Part shown: one piece after another, positions 1 to 12,430 of the stretch
Layout: the number at the start of each line of letters is the position of its first letter
Numbering within the stretch: the stretch's first letter is position 1
Origin: Octopus bimaculoides
Taxonomy: Eukaryota
NCBI RefSeq assembly: GCF_001194135.2
Contig: NC_068989.1
Span: 78,187,339-78,251,338 of the forward strand
Reading direction: 5' to 3'
DNA: 64,000 nucleotides
The notes under the pieces: generated by a model
The model's input: only the letters and a program-made list of their open reading frames with translations
Told to the model about the DNA's origin: nothing
Databases searched by the model: none
Translations under genes and position numbers: made by a program

Positions 1-1224
1 TGTACGCTATAGACGAGAAAAAATATGCACACACACACGAATGGCTTTCATTTCAGCAAGAAGACAACACTGCATTCCAAGATGTGTCATTTTTATAGCA
101 GTCTTACCTACGCCTAGAAGAGATGTGTTTGAATGTATCCCTAGTCTCACCTGCTGGCCCATTGACCTCTACAATAAGCTGTTAAATGTCATCTAATATG
201 TGTATACGTTTCTGGGGGGGGGGGTCGTTCGTGTGTGTGGACGAGCGTGTGCGTGTGTATGCGTAGGTGCGCGTGTGTATGCGTAGGTGCCCGTGTGTGT
301 GTGAATGAGTGCATGCGCTACATAGAGCAAGTCACTCCTTTCATCTGCTGTCGACTGGCAATAAAGAAGATTTCGGTACTTTGCGCTAGTATCGCCCCTT
401 CTAATGGTACAAAGCAACATTGATGCAACAGGGAAGCCTATGTTACTTGAGGGTACTCTGTAGCACTTCATCCAGCGCGCACGCACACACGCTCACACAC
501 ACACGCACACACTCACAAACACGCACGAACGCATGTACACACACACAGACATATATTTCTGTTTGTACACATGTATGTATACATATATAAACACACACGC
601 GTATATGTATATATGTGTGTGCGCCTGTACTAACAAATACATACATATGCACACACATATTTACATACAAGTATGTGTTTGTGTGAGTGTGTTATATTAT
701 ATTATATATATGTATAGATACATTTAGGTCTGTATATATGTATGTATATATGTATGTGTGTGGGGGGAATTATCTGAGTGGGATGTGAAAAGTAGCAAAA
801 TTCCGCTCCAATTTATATTAGCTAATGAATGTTTTTGATTAGATATTTGCTCGCTTAATTTTCACATTATTCTAATCATCATTACTAACAAACACAAACT
901 GGCAAACTCTCAGATGCCACAGACGTTTGAACTACAAAGTAACAACGGTCTTCTGTCTTTTGCTCTATCTCTTACTATGTATCAGCGTGCGATACGTGGG
1001 TTAGATAAACAAGGAGAAACATTTCAGAGCGACAGAGAGACAGAGATTACTAGATAAAACTGGGGTGCAATAACAAATACCCGCTTAGATAAAGGATATG
1101 TAGTGAACCAGAAGTTGTAATGGTATTAAAATATCAGCCATTCTTTACTCTGTCAATGCACATTACGAATCGGAAAGAAACGTATGCTGCTAGTGTAAGA
1201 GCTTCCAATTATAATATATGTGTG

Positions 1225-1443
1225 GGCGCAGGCGTCGCTGTATGGTAAGAGGTTTGCTTCCCAATCACACGGTTCCGAGTTCAGCCCCACTGCATGGCAT
1301 CTTGGGTATGTGACTTATACTATAGCCTCGGGTCGATCAGATTTCTGTGATGGGTTTGCTAGATGGAAGCTAAACCAAGCACGTCGTACACATACATACA
1401 CACACACGCACACAAACTCACACACATGCACACACACACACAT
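1225..1443 (+). mobile_element. SINE family A (tRNA-derived head, CORE-like segment, internal microsatellite), 5' half
   Basis: A-box/B-box-like head (gctgtatggtaag...ggttccgagttcagcccc), followed by the family motif 'tatagcctcggg...gatggaagct' and a (CA)n tract. Matches the copies at 15468, 19055 and 52503. Confidence 0.8.
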
Positions 1444-1454
1444 ATAGTACAGTA

Positions 1455-1742
1455 GCACTCTGTCGGTTACGGCGACGAGGGTCTCAGCTGATTCGATCAA
1501 CGGAACAGCTTGATCGTGAAATTAACGTGAAAGTGACTTAGCATTCCATGAACACGCGTACCCTTAACATGGTTCTCAAGGAGATTCAGAGTGACAGAGA
1601 CTGTGACAAGGCTGCCCCTTTGAAATGTAGGCTGAGTGCACTTGAGCAACGTAAAATAAAGTGTCTTACTCAAAGATAGAACGAGTCGCCGGGAATTGAA
1701 CTCACGATATTACGATCGTGAGCCGTAACCACTAAGCCATCC
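1455..1742 (-). mobile_element. SINE family C (tRNA-derived)
   Basis: The reverse strand starts with a tRNA-like head (atggcttagtggtta...gagttcaattcccggcg). The body 'gatcaacggaacagcttgatcgtgaaattaacgtg' matches 45484-45869. Confidence 0.8.
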
Positions 1743-1747
1743 ACCTT

Positions 1748-1852
1748 CGAGGCTATAGTAGAAGACACCTGCCCCAGGTGCCACGCAGTGGGACTGAACC
1801 CAGAAACATGTGGTTGGGAAGGAAGCATCTTACCACACAGCAACGCCTGCGC
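1748..1852 (-). mobile_element. SINE family A head, inverted relative to the 1225 copy
   Basis: 'gaggctatagtagaagacacctgccccaggtgccacgcagtgggactgaacc...cttaccacacagc' is the reverse complement of the family A head. Confidence 0.85.
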
Positions 1853-1879
1853 CTCATATATATATGTAGTAATCGAAGT

Positions 1880-2430
1880 GTATTGTATTATATATCCATT
1901 ACACTAGGGTTTCAACGGTGTGTTAGGTTATAGGCCGTTTATGTAAACCTGCGCTCATCTGAGGTAGCTGTTGAAGTATGAAATGTGACGATTCTGTTGT
2001 TCTAGGTGAATAGGTTTGTGGTTGTTGTGAAACATATGATGAAACAAATTGAGTAGGGGTTAAGTCAAGACTCATGTCCCTTGGTATCAAAAATATCTTC
2101 TCTGGGGTTGGTTTCGTACCAAGTCGGGGAGAGTTTTATGGAAAAGAATTTATGGGAAATATGTATATTTAACGTCGGTGTCCTTATGGAAATGGAAAAT
2201 ATGTAGTGGTACTATATGTATAGCTTTGTGGGAGCACAGTCATCTGTGTTTGTTAGTATGTTTTCTTTCTTTTGTTTTGGTTAAATTCTTGGGGCATTTA
2301 CATATGCATCCGATGTGTGTGAGGGTACAAAATGTGTAGGGGCTTGAATTGGTGGTGGGGTAAACCCTATTTGGCGGATGTCCGCTGTGTTAAGGCGTGT
2401 GTATCTTTGTTTGCGGATGCGTTAGAATAT
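1880..2430 (-). mobile_element. Probable decayed Penelope-like element 3' region or pseudo-LTR
   Basis: The G/T-skewed composition resembles 47310-48540, and a decayed hammerhead-like motif lies at 1926-1964 on the minus strand. No clear ORF. Confidence 0.3.
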
Positions 2431-2559
2431 GTTATAGTCAAATATATACAAACCTGTATACACATGTGTTCGTGAGTGTGACAGGAAATTAAGGAAACAT
2501 TGCTATAATCTCTAAAGCCCCCCCCACCCAAGAATATCTTTGATAAAATGTTTACTCAC

Positions 2560-2564
<5 letters not shown>

Positions 2565-2657
<93 letters not shown>
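2565..2657. repeat. (CT)n + (GATA)n compound microsatellite
   Basis: Seen directly in the sequence. Confidence 0.95.
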
Positions 2658-2658
2658 C

Positions 2659-2890
2659 GGCGGCGAGCTGGCAGAAACGTTAGCACACCGGGCGAACTGC
2701 TTAGCGGTATTTCGTCTGCCGTTTCCTTCTGAGTTCAAATTCCGCCGAGCTCGACTTTGCTTTTCATCTTTTTGGGGTCGATAAATTAAGTACCAGTCAC
2801 GCACTGGAGTCGATATAATCAAATTAATCCGTTTGTCTGTCCTTGTTGGTCCCCTCTATGTTTAGACCCTTGTGGGCAATAAAGAAATAA
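2659..2890 (+). mobile_element. SINE family B, near full length, inserted in a (GATA)n tract
   Basis: 'ggcggcgagctggcagaaacgttagc...gagttcaaattccgccgag...ggggtcgataaattaagtaccag...gtcgatataatc' plus a 3' tail. (GATA)n lies on both sides. Confidence 0.9.
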
Positions 2891-3596
2891 GATAGATAGA
2901 TAGATGCTAACTTTTATATATATATATGTATTACATATATATATATATATATNNNNNNNNNNGTGTGTGTGTGTGTGTGTGCGTGTGTGTGTGTGTGCGT
3001 GTGTGTGTGTGTGTACGGAAGGGGAGAGAGAGTGACATGATTTGGAATATGAAAAGGAGATAAAAAGTGATAGAAAGAAGAAAAAAAAAGACACATAGGA
3101 AGTGAAAATATATGAAAGCAAAATAGAAGAATACTAATAGAAATTAATAAAAAATCTGAGTGATACTGAGCTAAATCATACATAAATGACTACTTAAACT
3201 TAATTATATGCATGAATATACTTTTCAATTTCATTTCTGTCATGTTGTTGTTGTTCTTGCTGCTGTTGTTTCCTGTTTAGTGTTTAAGTGTTGATATAGA
3301 ATCTACTGATACAGCCTGAATTTCTAGTAAATAGCCATTTGTTTTACTCGACATTATCTTACTTCATAATTTATCTCTGCCTAGAAGCAGTCAATTTTTC
3401 TCTGTTATCAATTTACTTTCCCTTCGTATCGGTTTTAATAATAATTATCTCATTACTGGCTTCCATAATTAAACTATGCGTCTTGTGTTATCAAAAAAGA
3501 ACAGCAAAAACGAAAAAAAATAAATTAAATTAAAAATGATGCAAATGTAGACAGTGTAGTGGAGGTGAGGTGAAAGACGAAGACAAAGTACAAATA

Positions 3597-3960
3597 GAAG
3601 AAGAAGAAGAAGAAGAAGAAGAAGAAGAAGAAGAAGAAGAAGAAGAAGAAGAAGAAGAAGAAGAAGAAGAAGAAGAAGAAGAAGAAGGAGGAGGAGGAGG
3701 AGGAGGAGGAGAAGAAGAAGAAGAAGAAGAAGAAGAAGAAGAAGAGGTTGAAGGAGAGGACGGAAGAGAGAAAGGAGGACAGGAAGAGGAACAAGACGAC
3801 AGAGAAGAGAAAGAAGAAAACAAAGAAGAGGAAGGGAGAAATTGGAAGAGGGAAGAAGAGGAGGAAGGAGAGTGATGAGAAGAGAGAAAAGGAAAAAGAG
3901 AAGAAGAAGAAGAAGAAGAAGAAGAAGGGGAAGAAAAGCGAAGAACAACAGCAACAAGAA
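3597..3960. repeat. (GAA)n/(GGA)n polypurine tract with degenerate purine-rich continuation
   Basis: Long pure GAA runs at 3598-3686 and 3711-3745 flank (GGA)n. This tract produces the poly-E, poly-S, poly-L and poly-F ORFs. Confidence 0.95.
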
Positions 3961-4699
3961 AAACAACACGAAGAAATCTGAATACAATGTCACCAGCAAC
4001 AAGTAGGGGATCCAACATCAATAACAGTACGAAGGCAAAAAAAAAAATCACTAAGAAGGTAAAAAAACAATTACAACTGATCTGTCAGCTCCCTACCACC
4101 ACCACTCTACCTGCGGGCGACCAAATGTAAACTGAATCATTTATCAAGTAAAAAGAAACGGATTAGTCGACTCATATTTAATACCAGTACGGAACATTCA
4201 CGTATATACGTTGTTATCGAAGTAAAATCGTACAATTTTATATCACGCTAATCTAAATACGATAATCGTTTTGTTTCCCTGTTTGACACGTCACGCAAGC
4301 ATTGCTATTTTCCTGTTAATGTCGGGCGGGAAAAAAATAAACACGAAAACAATTAAAATCTGCTCTTTTTTCTATGAAACTTGACAACAAGTGAAGGATA
4401 TTCTTGAAGGAATTCCTGAATAGTATTGCAAGAGATTTGGTGCAATTAAAAGCAAAGATTGAAAATTCAGAAACGTGTTGCTACTATAATGATTTCCCCA
4501 CATTGGTACGCAGCCAGCGGTGTATGATATTAACTTTTCAGCGATAAGTTTTGTCTAATGTATAAGTGTGGCAATAAAATTTAGTAAAGACTTACTGTTT
4601 CTTATCTGTGATTGCAGAAATCTAGCGACGGTCTTCTTCAGTTTCCGTCTACGGTGTCCTCCTACAAAGCTTTGATCGAATGAAGTTATAGTAGAAGAG

Positions 4700-5915
4700 A
4701 GTTGCTCAAGGTATCGCGAAGCGGATTCAGTCCAACTGCATGGCCATCTGGGTAAGTGCCCTCGACCTTAGCCTCGGGCCAATCGGAACCCTGTTAGTGG
4801 ATTTGATAGACAGAAACATTTGTATATGCATAGAGATATATACAGAAATATCAGGTCATTAAGAGTGAAATGTCCGATTTTCTTAAGTTTTATCCTAACT
4901 GTAATGTTTTATCCTGACAAGTTCTTGTTTTATTTAACTGAAGATTTACGCGGATACCACACGAAGTGAACGAGCATCAAATGACACATCATCTTGATGC
5001 TTGCTGTTCTTTATTGTCACGGTATAAAAGCGAACTACTTTTGCACCGTATGCATGTTACGTGTGATGAAAAATTGATTCTTTTCAACAATAGCAAGCGT
5101 TCTGCACAGATAGAGGCGAATTGTCAAAACACAAACCAAAAAAGAATATTCATAAAAAAAAAGCTACTGATGTCTGTCTGGTGATCCAGCGTTGGTGTCG
5201 TCCACTGCAGCTTCATGAGACCTGGTAAGTCAATTACAGTTGATGTATACATCAACCAAATGGATGAAATGATGAGTGAGCTTTCAATTAAACAACCCAG
5301 ATTGGTCAATAGAGACAGGCCAATGCTCCTGTAAGGCAATGCTCGACCAAATGTTGCACAAAGAACGCTACTCAAGTTACAGGGAATGAACTTGGAAGAA
5401 TTCTGTCATCCACCATATTCACCAGACCTTCCACGAAATGACTATCACGTTTACAGGTTTTACACAACTTCGTGGAAGGAAAAACTTCAAATCTGAAGAA
5501 ATTTCACAAAAAACAACCTTTCGTGATTTCATCACCTTTGCTCTGCAGAATTCTTCACTGCTGGCATAAATTAGCTACCAAAAAATGGCAAAATTAAATT
5601 GATAATTCAGGTGCATACTTTTTGTTGAGACAACGTAAAATAAACTTTCAGTTAAAAATTGGACATTTCATTCTTAATGACCTGATAGATAGATAAGTTG
5701 ATATATACATACATATATACATTTATGTGTGCTTGTCTTTTTTCTTTGTGCCCCATCACTGCATGCAACCGATGTTGGTTTGTTTGCGCCCCCGACTAAA
5801 AGCACTAATAAAATTCGGATTAGACTTTGAAAGGAAATATGTAACGGAAAGAGGATTTATTAGACTAAACGTTTGAAGGTGGTGCCTCAGCATGGCTGCA
5901 GTCCACTGACTAAAA
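4700..5915 (+). mobile_element. Decayed SINE family A copy split by the mariner insertion (head ~4700-4815, tail ~5745-5915)
   Basis: Head motif 'ggattcagtccaactgcatgg...agcctcgggcc...gtggatttgatagacagaaac' lies upstream of the mariner. Tail motifs 'caaccgatgttggtttgttt' and 'ggtgcctcagcatggctgcagtc' lie downstream. Confidence 0.6.
4851..5685 (+). mobile_element. Internally deleted mariner (Tc1/mariner, D,D34D-type) transposon with both TIRs and TA target duplication
   Basis: TIRs tcaggtcattaagagtgaaatgtccgattt and aaaaattggacatttcattcttaatgacctga, with TA at 4849-50 and 5686-87. Decayed transposase motifs: VTCDEKLILFNNSKRSAQ, KKLLMSVW, GNARPNV (HDNARPH), HPPYSPDL. The N-terminal DNA-binding region is missing. 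Confidence 0.92.
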
Positions 5916-6624
5916 CTACATATATATATATATATATATATTTGTGTGTGTTGTTGCTTGTATGTCAGGGTATGTGTGCTCTATATGTGCGTGAGTATTT
6001 GTGTGTGTGTGCATGTGTGTATTGAGAAAATCGTCATTTTACACATAAGAAAACCGCCATGCAATAACAATCGAAGATCAGAATATGTTATTCAACAAAT
6101 TCACAAATATTACCATAAGCGGGAGCTCAGATTTCCACGTAATATTGCTTCGGCAATGTGCACCAGCCGTATATTGTGAGTGGAGTGTCCAGTATATTAA
6201 ACGTAATCCTCGGGTAATTCTATATAAGTACACATTTTTTATGAGCGAATAATTCACATTTTGTTTTCTTATTAATGTAATTTTCATGTTTATTTTAAAA
6301 TATATCTTTTGTTTGCAGAACTATGATGGGGGACAAAATTTCATGACAAATTTAATCTATAGTGGATGACATGGCTAATCTACTTCTCCAGCTTACCTCT
6401 CTCGTCGGTACAATAAAACAATTTAGGAACATTATGTGGCTGTATAATTATAGTTATGTAGCTACGAAAATCAGATGAGCATAACATTTTCCGCAAGAAC
6501 AGGTGATATGACTAAAATCATGAGACAGCTCAGTTCAGATTTTTTTTTAAATGGTGCATATTCTCAATTTACCTCTCTTTTGTAATACAGACATAGATGT
6601 GTAGTTCAGAAAATCACTTTGCAG

Positions 6625-6740
6625 ACATGTGGGTTCGGGTTCAGTTCCACTCTGTAGCAACATCAACGGATAACTTCCCTATAGCACCAGGCTGACCATT
6701 ACTTCGTGAGTGCATTTGGTAGACGAAAATTTTATACAAG
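6625..6740 (+). mobile_element. SINE family A head, decayed
   Basis: 'gggttcgggttcagttccactctgtagc...ctatagcaccaggctgacc...gtgagtgcatttggtagacgaaaat'. Confidence 0.7.
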
Positions 6741-7274
6741 CTCGTCTAAATATACATCTACATATACACATTTTTATGCATAAATATATATGTGTGAGTG
6801 TGCTTACATACATACATTCATACATATATAAAATTAAGTATGTTATAGAAAGTATGGGCTATTTACAGAGTGCTCATAGAGGGCCAATGCCAAAAATTAC
6901 AGAGTAGAGAAAATTGAAAACGCAAATCATAGGCACTCAAACAGATTCACGAAGGCATAAATGAAGATATTCAGTCATAGTAGTTGAATCATATATGTTT
7001 ATAAACATCAACATAAATCATGCATGAGCAGGGGTAAAGATTCTCCAAGGGAATAAAAATTAAAATCAAACATACATAAAATATAGAAGAGATATAAAAA
7101 CATAAAAATACATATAAAATTACATACAAATAAAGATTACATGTAAAGTGTTTGCGTGATAAATATAGGAGGTGCAAAACGAATGAAAGGCTGATAAACA
7201 TAAGAATAAAAACGTCAACCTTCAAAATGGCAAACCGCCTAAATCGTCTAAAAATTCCTAATACATCTAGGATA

Positions 7275-7380
7275 TAAAATAGAAATGCCACAAGATATCA
7301 AGGTTAACAAAAATAAATAAAATAGGATCCTGTTTTATTTATTTTTCTTAACCTTGATATCTTTCGCCATTTCTATTTTA
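7275..7380. repeat. 106-bp near-perfect palindrome with no spacer, centred on GGATCC
   Basis: taaaatagaaatgccacaagatatcaaggttaacaaaaataaataaaatagga|tcctgttttatttatttttcttaaccttgatatctttcgccatttctatttta. Symmetry axis at 7327/7328. Confidence 0.92.
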
Positions 7381-7389
7381 AGTATTTTT

Positions 7390-7585
7390 GGCAGGAGGTC
7401 AGTAGTTTTGTGGGAGGGAGTAAGTCGATTACATCGATCCAGTGTTCAACTGGTACTTATTTTATCGATCCCGAAAGGATGGAAGGCAAATTCGACCTCA
7501 GCGGAATTTGAACTCAGAGCATAAAAAATGGACGAAATGCCACTACGTGATTTTTCCCGGTTTACTAACGATTCTACCAGTTAAG
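7390..7585 (-). mobile_element. SINE family B
   Basis: Reverse complement of the family B core: 'gtcgattacatcgatcc...ctggtacttattttatcgatcccgaaaggatggaaggcaaattcgacctcagcggaatttgaactcag'. Confidence 0.88.
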
Positions 7586-8302
7586 CGTCTTAATATTGCA
7601 ATTGTTTCTCGCGTTGATATCATGGTGAAACATACGTAATCCTAAGCAAGTAATTTTTACACTAACAGGCATTTTGGTCTATAGTTTTGTGCTGTAATAC
7701 CATAGACAGTGTGATACAAAGTTTAAGATTTCTGTATGCGGCCATCGGGGGATGAAGTGTATTGATCATGAACAGAGTGCAACGCTAATAAGAAAATAAC
7801 ATTCTCCAACTTTAGATTAATAGAGGGAATATTATCTACTATTTCATCTGTGAGCACTAATCAAGAAGCAATACCGGATTCTCAATGCGACCACTGAAAT
7901 CCTTATACTTTAGGCGATAACAATAACTTAAAATATTGTTGTTCATGAAATTTCCAAGAACATTCGACCACGGAAAGGCAATCCTCCCTGTCGAAATTGA
8001 AACTGCGTTATGGTTTCAGCACGCTAAACACAAGTAAGAAATATATATTGATTTTAATGTAAGATATCATTAACTATGAACTAGAGAAGTATGCAAAAAA
8101 TTAATTGAATTGGAATGTATTTTCTAGATTCTTAAGGAATGAATAATAAGCCTGACGCCATATTGAACTTGGTATGTTAATAAAGGAAATTACATGCCAT
8201 AATAAATTCAGTACAGCATTTCACGTTGTTCCTAATCTGCTGCTTTTTCAACATTAATATTGGACTACATAATCACTCACATACACCCACATACACATAC
8301 AT

Positions 8303-8465
<163 letters not shown>

Positions 8466-8466
8466 C

Positions 8467-8670
8467 GGGGCGGCGGATTGGCTGAATCATTATAGCGATG
8501 TCTTGAGGTATTAATTTACGGCTTTGTACATACCAAGTTTAAATTTCGTGAAAGCCAGCTTTATCATTCATTCATCCATTGTCGATAAAATGAAGTGCTG
8601 AAGTCGATTTAATCGATTATACTTGGCCCAAAAATTCATGGCCCTGTGCCAGTGTAAGAAATCGATATTA
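8467..8670 (+). mobile_element. SINE family B, highly decayed
   Basis: 'ggcggcggattggctgaatc...gtcgataaaatgaagt...gtcgatttaatcgatta...ggccctgtgcc'. Confidence 0.6.
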
Positions 8671-10029
8671 AACTACCAAATATGAACTTAAAGATGTACA
8701 GTCAATCATTCGTAGAAACATTGTTGGGTGGGGTACTATACATCGATAGTAACACTCTTTCATGGGGATATAACACATGGCTTTCCATAAAAGCAACCGT
8801 GTTCGTTATTTAAACCAATACTATTGCCTTTATCGAAACCATTTATAACATTGGCAGAATATAAAACGATGAAGTGAATAATTAAGATGTTAAGTCTTAA
8901 AACTAGTATCATGTAATTCTAGTGAAACTCAAGTGATTAAAAATTGTCAGAGAACTGGATCTCGTCCCACATGCTGTAATAATGTTCCATTTTGTTGACA
9001 CTGAAAAAATGCCGATTACACGATATAAATTATAGCACGTTATTAGATGAAATTTAATTATCATCATCATTAGTTTATATAAATTGACTTTGCAATTACG
9101 TGCATTGACGTTCGGTTTAACATGCATCAGTTTTCATTTGGTATATATTTTGTATACCAGTTTCAATTAAATCAAGCATGTAGAAATGAGAGTTAGCAGG
9201 TTCTAACCGTTGAAGAGGTTCTGAGGAGCTGGTTTAGTCCGTCAGATTCATACGAAATACGCTTAAGACCTGTTGCTGTGGGTCAGCTTATCTTTATTCA
9301 ATCACTTCTATCCGTACCCTCTTCAGCGAGATAATTTGTGGGACGGCTGAAGAGGATATAGTTACTCTGTACTTTTGTGTATTTCAGTATTAATATATTA
9401 TTCATAGATACTATTTAAAGCCTATATAATTTCCATTTTGATTTTTAAATTCTAACCCTTACAGTTTAAGACATCAAGCCGTAGATATATATTTTTCCTC
9501 CGAGTAGATTATATAATTATATCATCTCAACACAAAGAAATTACAGCAGTAATTTCGCTAAGTGTTTTTTTTTGTTTTTTTTTTTCTGAATAAGTATAAA
9601 GCAGTTTCTGAACGTTCAGGATATCTTGAGAAAATAATCGCAAACAACTCAAAAATTGAATAACAAAAAGACTGTTATTCAAATGTATAGCAGTAATTAA
9701 AATGCATCTAGCATTTAGACTATAAACGTTATCTCATTATATATTACATTAGGAAAAATAATCAGAGAACTTCTATGAATTAATCTAATTGGAGCACATG
9801 TAGCTGTTACATAATTAAACGTTTATACACATTTCCATGAACATGAATATAAGGCCTTCAAGAGGTGCGTGGGCATACATGCAGGTAGATGCATATTCAG
9901 AGCAGTGATGGAAAGTTAATGAAGCTTATAAATGTATCTTCACATTTAATTATATCTTACATAAATATGAACAAATATACATACATACATCATACATATA
10001 TGTGTGTGTATGCATACAAATACATATAC

Positions 10030-10068
<39 letters not shown>

Positions 10069-10823
10069 NNNNNNNNNNNNNNNNNNNNNNNNNNNNNNNN
10101 NNNNNNNNNNNNNNNNNNNNNNNNNNNNNNNNNNNNNNNNNNNNNNNNNNNNNNNNNNNNNNNNNNNNNNNNNNNNNNNNNNNNNNNNNNNNNNNNNNNN
10201 NNNNNNNNNNNNNNNNNNNNNNNNNNNNNNNNNNNNNNNNNNNNNNNNNNNNNNNNNNNNNNNNNNNNNNNNNNNNNNNNNNNNNNNNNNNNNNNNNNNN
10301 NNNNNNNNNNNNNNNNNNNNNNNNNNNNNNNNNNNNNNNNNNNNNNNNNNNNNNNNNNNNNNNNNNNNNNNNNNNNNNNNNNNNNNNNNNNNNNNNNNNN
10401 NNNNNNNNNNNNNNNNNNNNNNNNNNNNNNNNNNNNNNNNNNNNNNNNNNNNNNNNNNNNNNNNNNNNNNNNNNNNNNNNNNNNNNNNNNNNNNNNNNNN
10501 NNNNNNNNNNNNNNNNNNNNNNNNNNNNNNNNNNNNNNNNNNNNNNNNNNNNNNNNNNNNNNNNNNNNNNNNNNNNNNNNNNNNNNNNNNNNNNNNNNNN
10601 NNNNNNNNNNNNNNNNNNNNNNNNNNNNNNNNNNNNNNNNNNNNNNNNNNNNNNNNNNNNNNNNNNNNNNNNNNNNNNNNNNNNNNNNNNNNNNNNNNNN
10701 NNNNNNNNNNNNNNNNNNNNNNNNNNNNNNNNNNNNNNNNNNNNNNNNNNNNNNNNNNNNNNNNNNNNNNNNNNNNNNNNNNNNNNNNNNNNNNNNNNNN
10801 NNNNNNNNNNNNNNNNNNNNNNN
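10069..10823. other. Assembly gap (N run) flanked by (TA)n. Similar gaps near 13248, 41000, 48600, 50468, 54063, 57159 and 60738
   Basis: N runs seen directly; most abut (TA)n on one or both sides. Confidence 0.98.
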
Positions 10824-10989
10824 TATATATATATATATATATATATGAGTTCAGCAAAAGTTTAGATTCAGATGAATATGGTCCTTAATTTGAGGCACAA
10901 GAATTTAGTACGGTATAATCCATGCAATTTCAAAATAAGGTGATTAGAATTAAAATAAGCAATAAGGATATCCAGAGGTAATGCAGTAC

Positions 10990-12430
10990 GATCGTTTCAC
11001 GCAACTCCATTTAATTGAACAATGCAACCATTACGTCAGTTTGCTTCTTCGAGTCCTCAACATGTCCATTCCGACATAACCTTCGACGCCACTGATATCG
11101 TAGCAACAATAAAAGAAATCAAGCCTGATTCAGCAGTGGGTCCGTACAGGTTCCCTGCTGGAGTACTGAAGGAATGCAGACAGCAACTTGCAGCTTCTCT
11201 TGAAAATCTCTGGAGGAAATCACTGGATGCCGGTTTTATCGCTCAAAACCTTCTCTCGAAGTCAGTCGTTCCTATCTTTAAAAAAGGGAATAAATCGCTC
11301 CCAGTAAACTACCGTCCAATCTCACTCACCTAGCATATCATCAAAGTGTTTGAGAGAATGTTGTGATCAAGAATAACAGCCTTCCTAGAACAAAATCATC
11401 TCATAAATTGCCACCAGCATGGCTTTCGTGGTAGTGGGGGACGGTCTAATACAGCTCCTCCACCACTTTGATGACATCTTAAATGCATTAAGTGAGGACT
11501 CCAACGCAGATGTCATATATCTTGATTTCAGCAAGCCCTTTCACCGAGTCGACCACAATATACTGTTAAGGAAACTGTCCAACACTGGAGTCGGTGGAAA
11601 GCTACTTCAATGGATTAGGTATTTCCTAACAAATAGGACCCAGAATGTTGTGGTTGATGGCATCTGCTCAAGATCAGCAAAAGTCATCAGCGGAGTCCCG
11701 CAGAGTACTGTTCTGTGTCCACTTCTTTTTATTGTCTATGTCAATGACATTGCAGATTCCATTGAACATAGCACCATTAGAATATTTGCAGACAACTCTA
11801 AGCCCCAGAAAGTCATTAAGGGTGCATATGATCGAACAATGCTTCATTTGGACCTATGCGCAATAATCCAGTGGGCACAAAATTCCAGTATACCGTTGGC
11901 CGAAGAAAACTTTGAGAACATCCACTTTGGAAGAGAAGGCACACTCAAACAACCATATACACTATTGTCGGGTGACCTACTTGAACCCTCGGACAATATC
12001 ATTGACTTAGGTGTAACTGTCGACAGCAACCTTAGCTGGAGTGTGCACATCAATAAAAAAGTCGATGTTGTCCGCAGAATGTGCTCATGGATCCTCAGAA
12101 CTTTTCAGTCTAGGGATCATGAAACCATCATCCTTCTCTTCTCCACATTAGCTGAGCCTCACCTCGAATACTGCTGCCCATTGTGGTCATCCTACAAAAA
12201 AAGACATAACGAGGATCGAATCGCCACAAAGGTCAATCACAAAAAAATTAATAAATAGCATGATGGGACTTGATTTTTGGGCTCAACTTACACAGCTAAA
12301 GCTCTATTCTCTGCAACGCTGCCGTGGGAAAATATTTCACTAATATTATCCAAATGATATTGGTATTATGTTTACAATTTACCGAAGGGTAAGCCCCGAG
12401 CAATGTGTCCCCTCCAAAGGTCAAGACACA
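10990..12430 (+). mobile_element. CR1/L2-group LINE ORF2 reverse transcriptase fragment (stops and frameshifts)
   Basis: RT motifs: KPDSAVGP, VVPIFKKGNK, NYRPISLT, HQHGF, DVIYLDFSKPFHRVDHNILLRKL, SGVPQSTVLCPLLFIVYVND, IFADNSK, DLGVTVDSNLSW, PHLEYCCPLWS, LKLYSLQR. Confidence 0.93.

Noticed and set aside
193-727. HT/CV/YI-repeat ORFs here and throughout the window
   Set aside because: Dinucleotide microsatellite translations.
3469-4051. Poly-E, poly-L, poly-S and poly-F ORFs up to 177 aa
   Set aside because: They are translations of the (GAA)n tract in several frames and on both strands, with no unique coding content.
9889-10888. ORFs of ~290-320 aa, and similar X-rich ORFs at 13.2, 41, 48.6, 50.4, 54, 57.2 and 60.7 kb
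   Set aside because: They are open only because of N gaps and flanking (TA)n.
11419-12258. 279-aa ORF as a host gene
   Set aside because: It is part of a broken LINE RT with stops upstream and a frameshift at the start.
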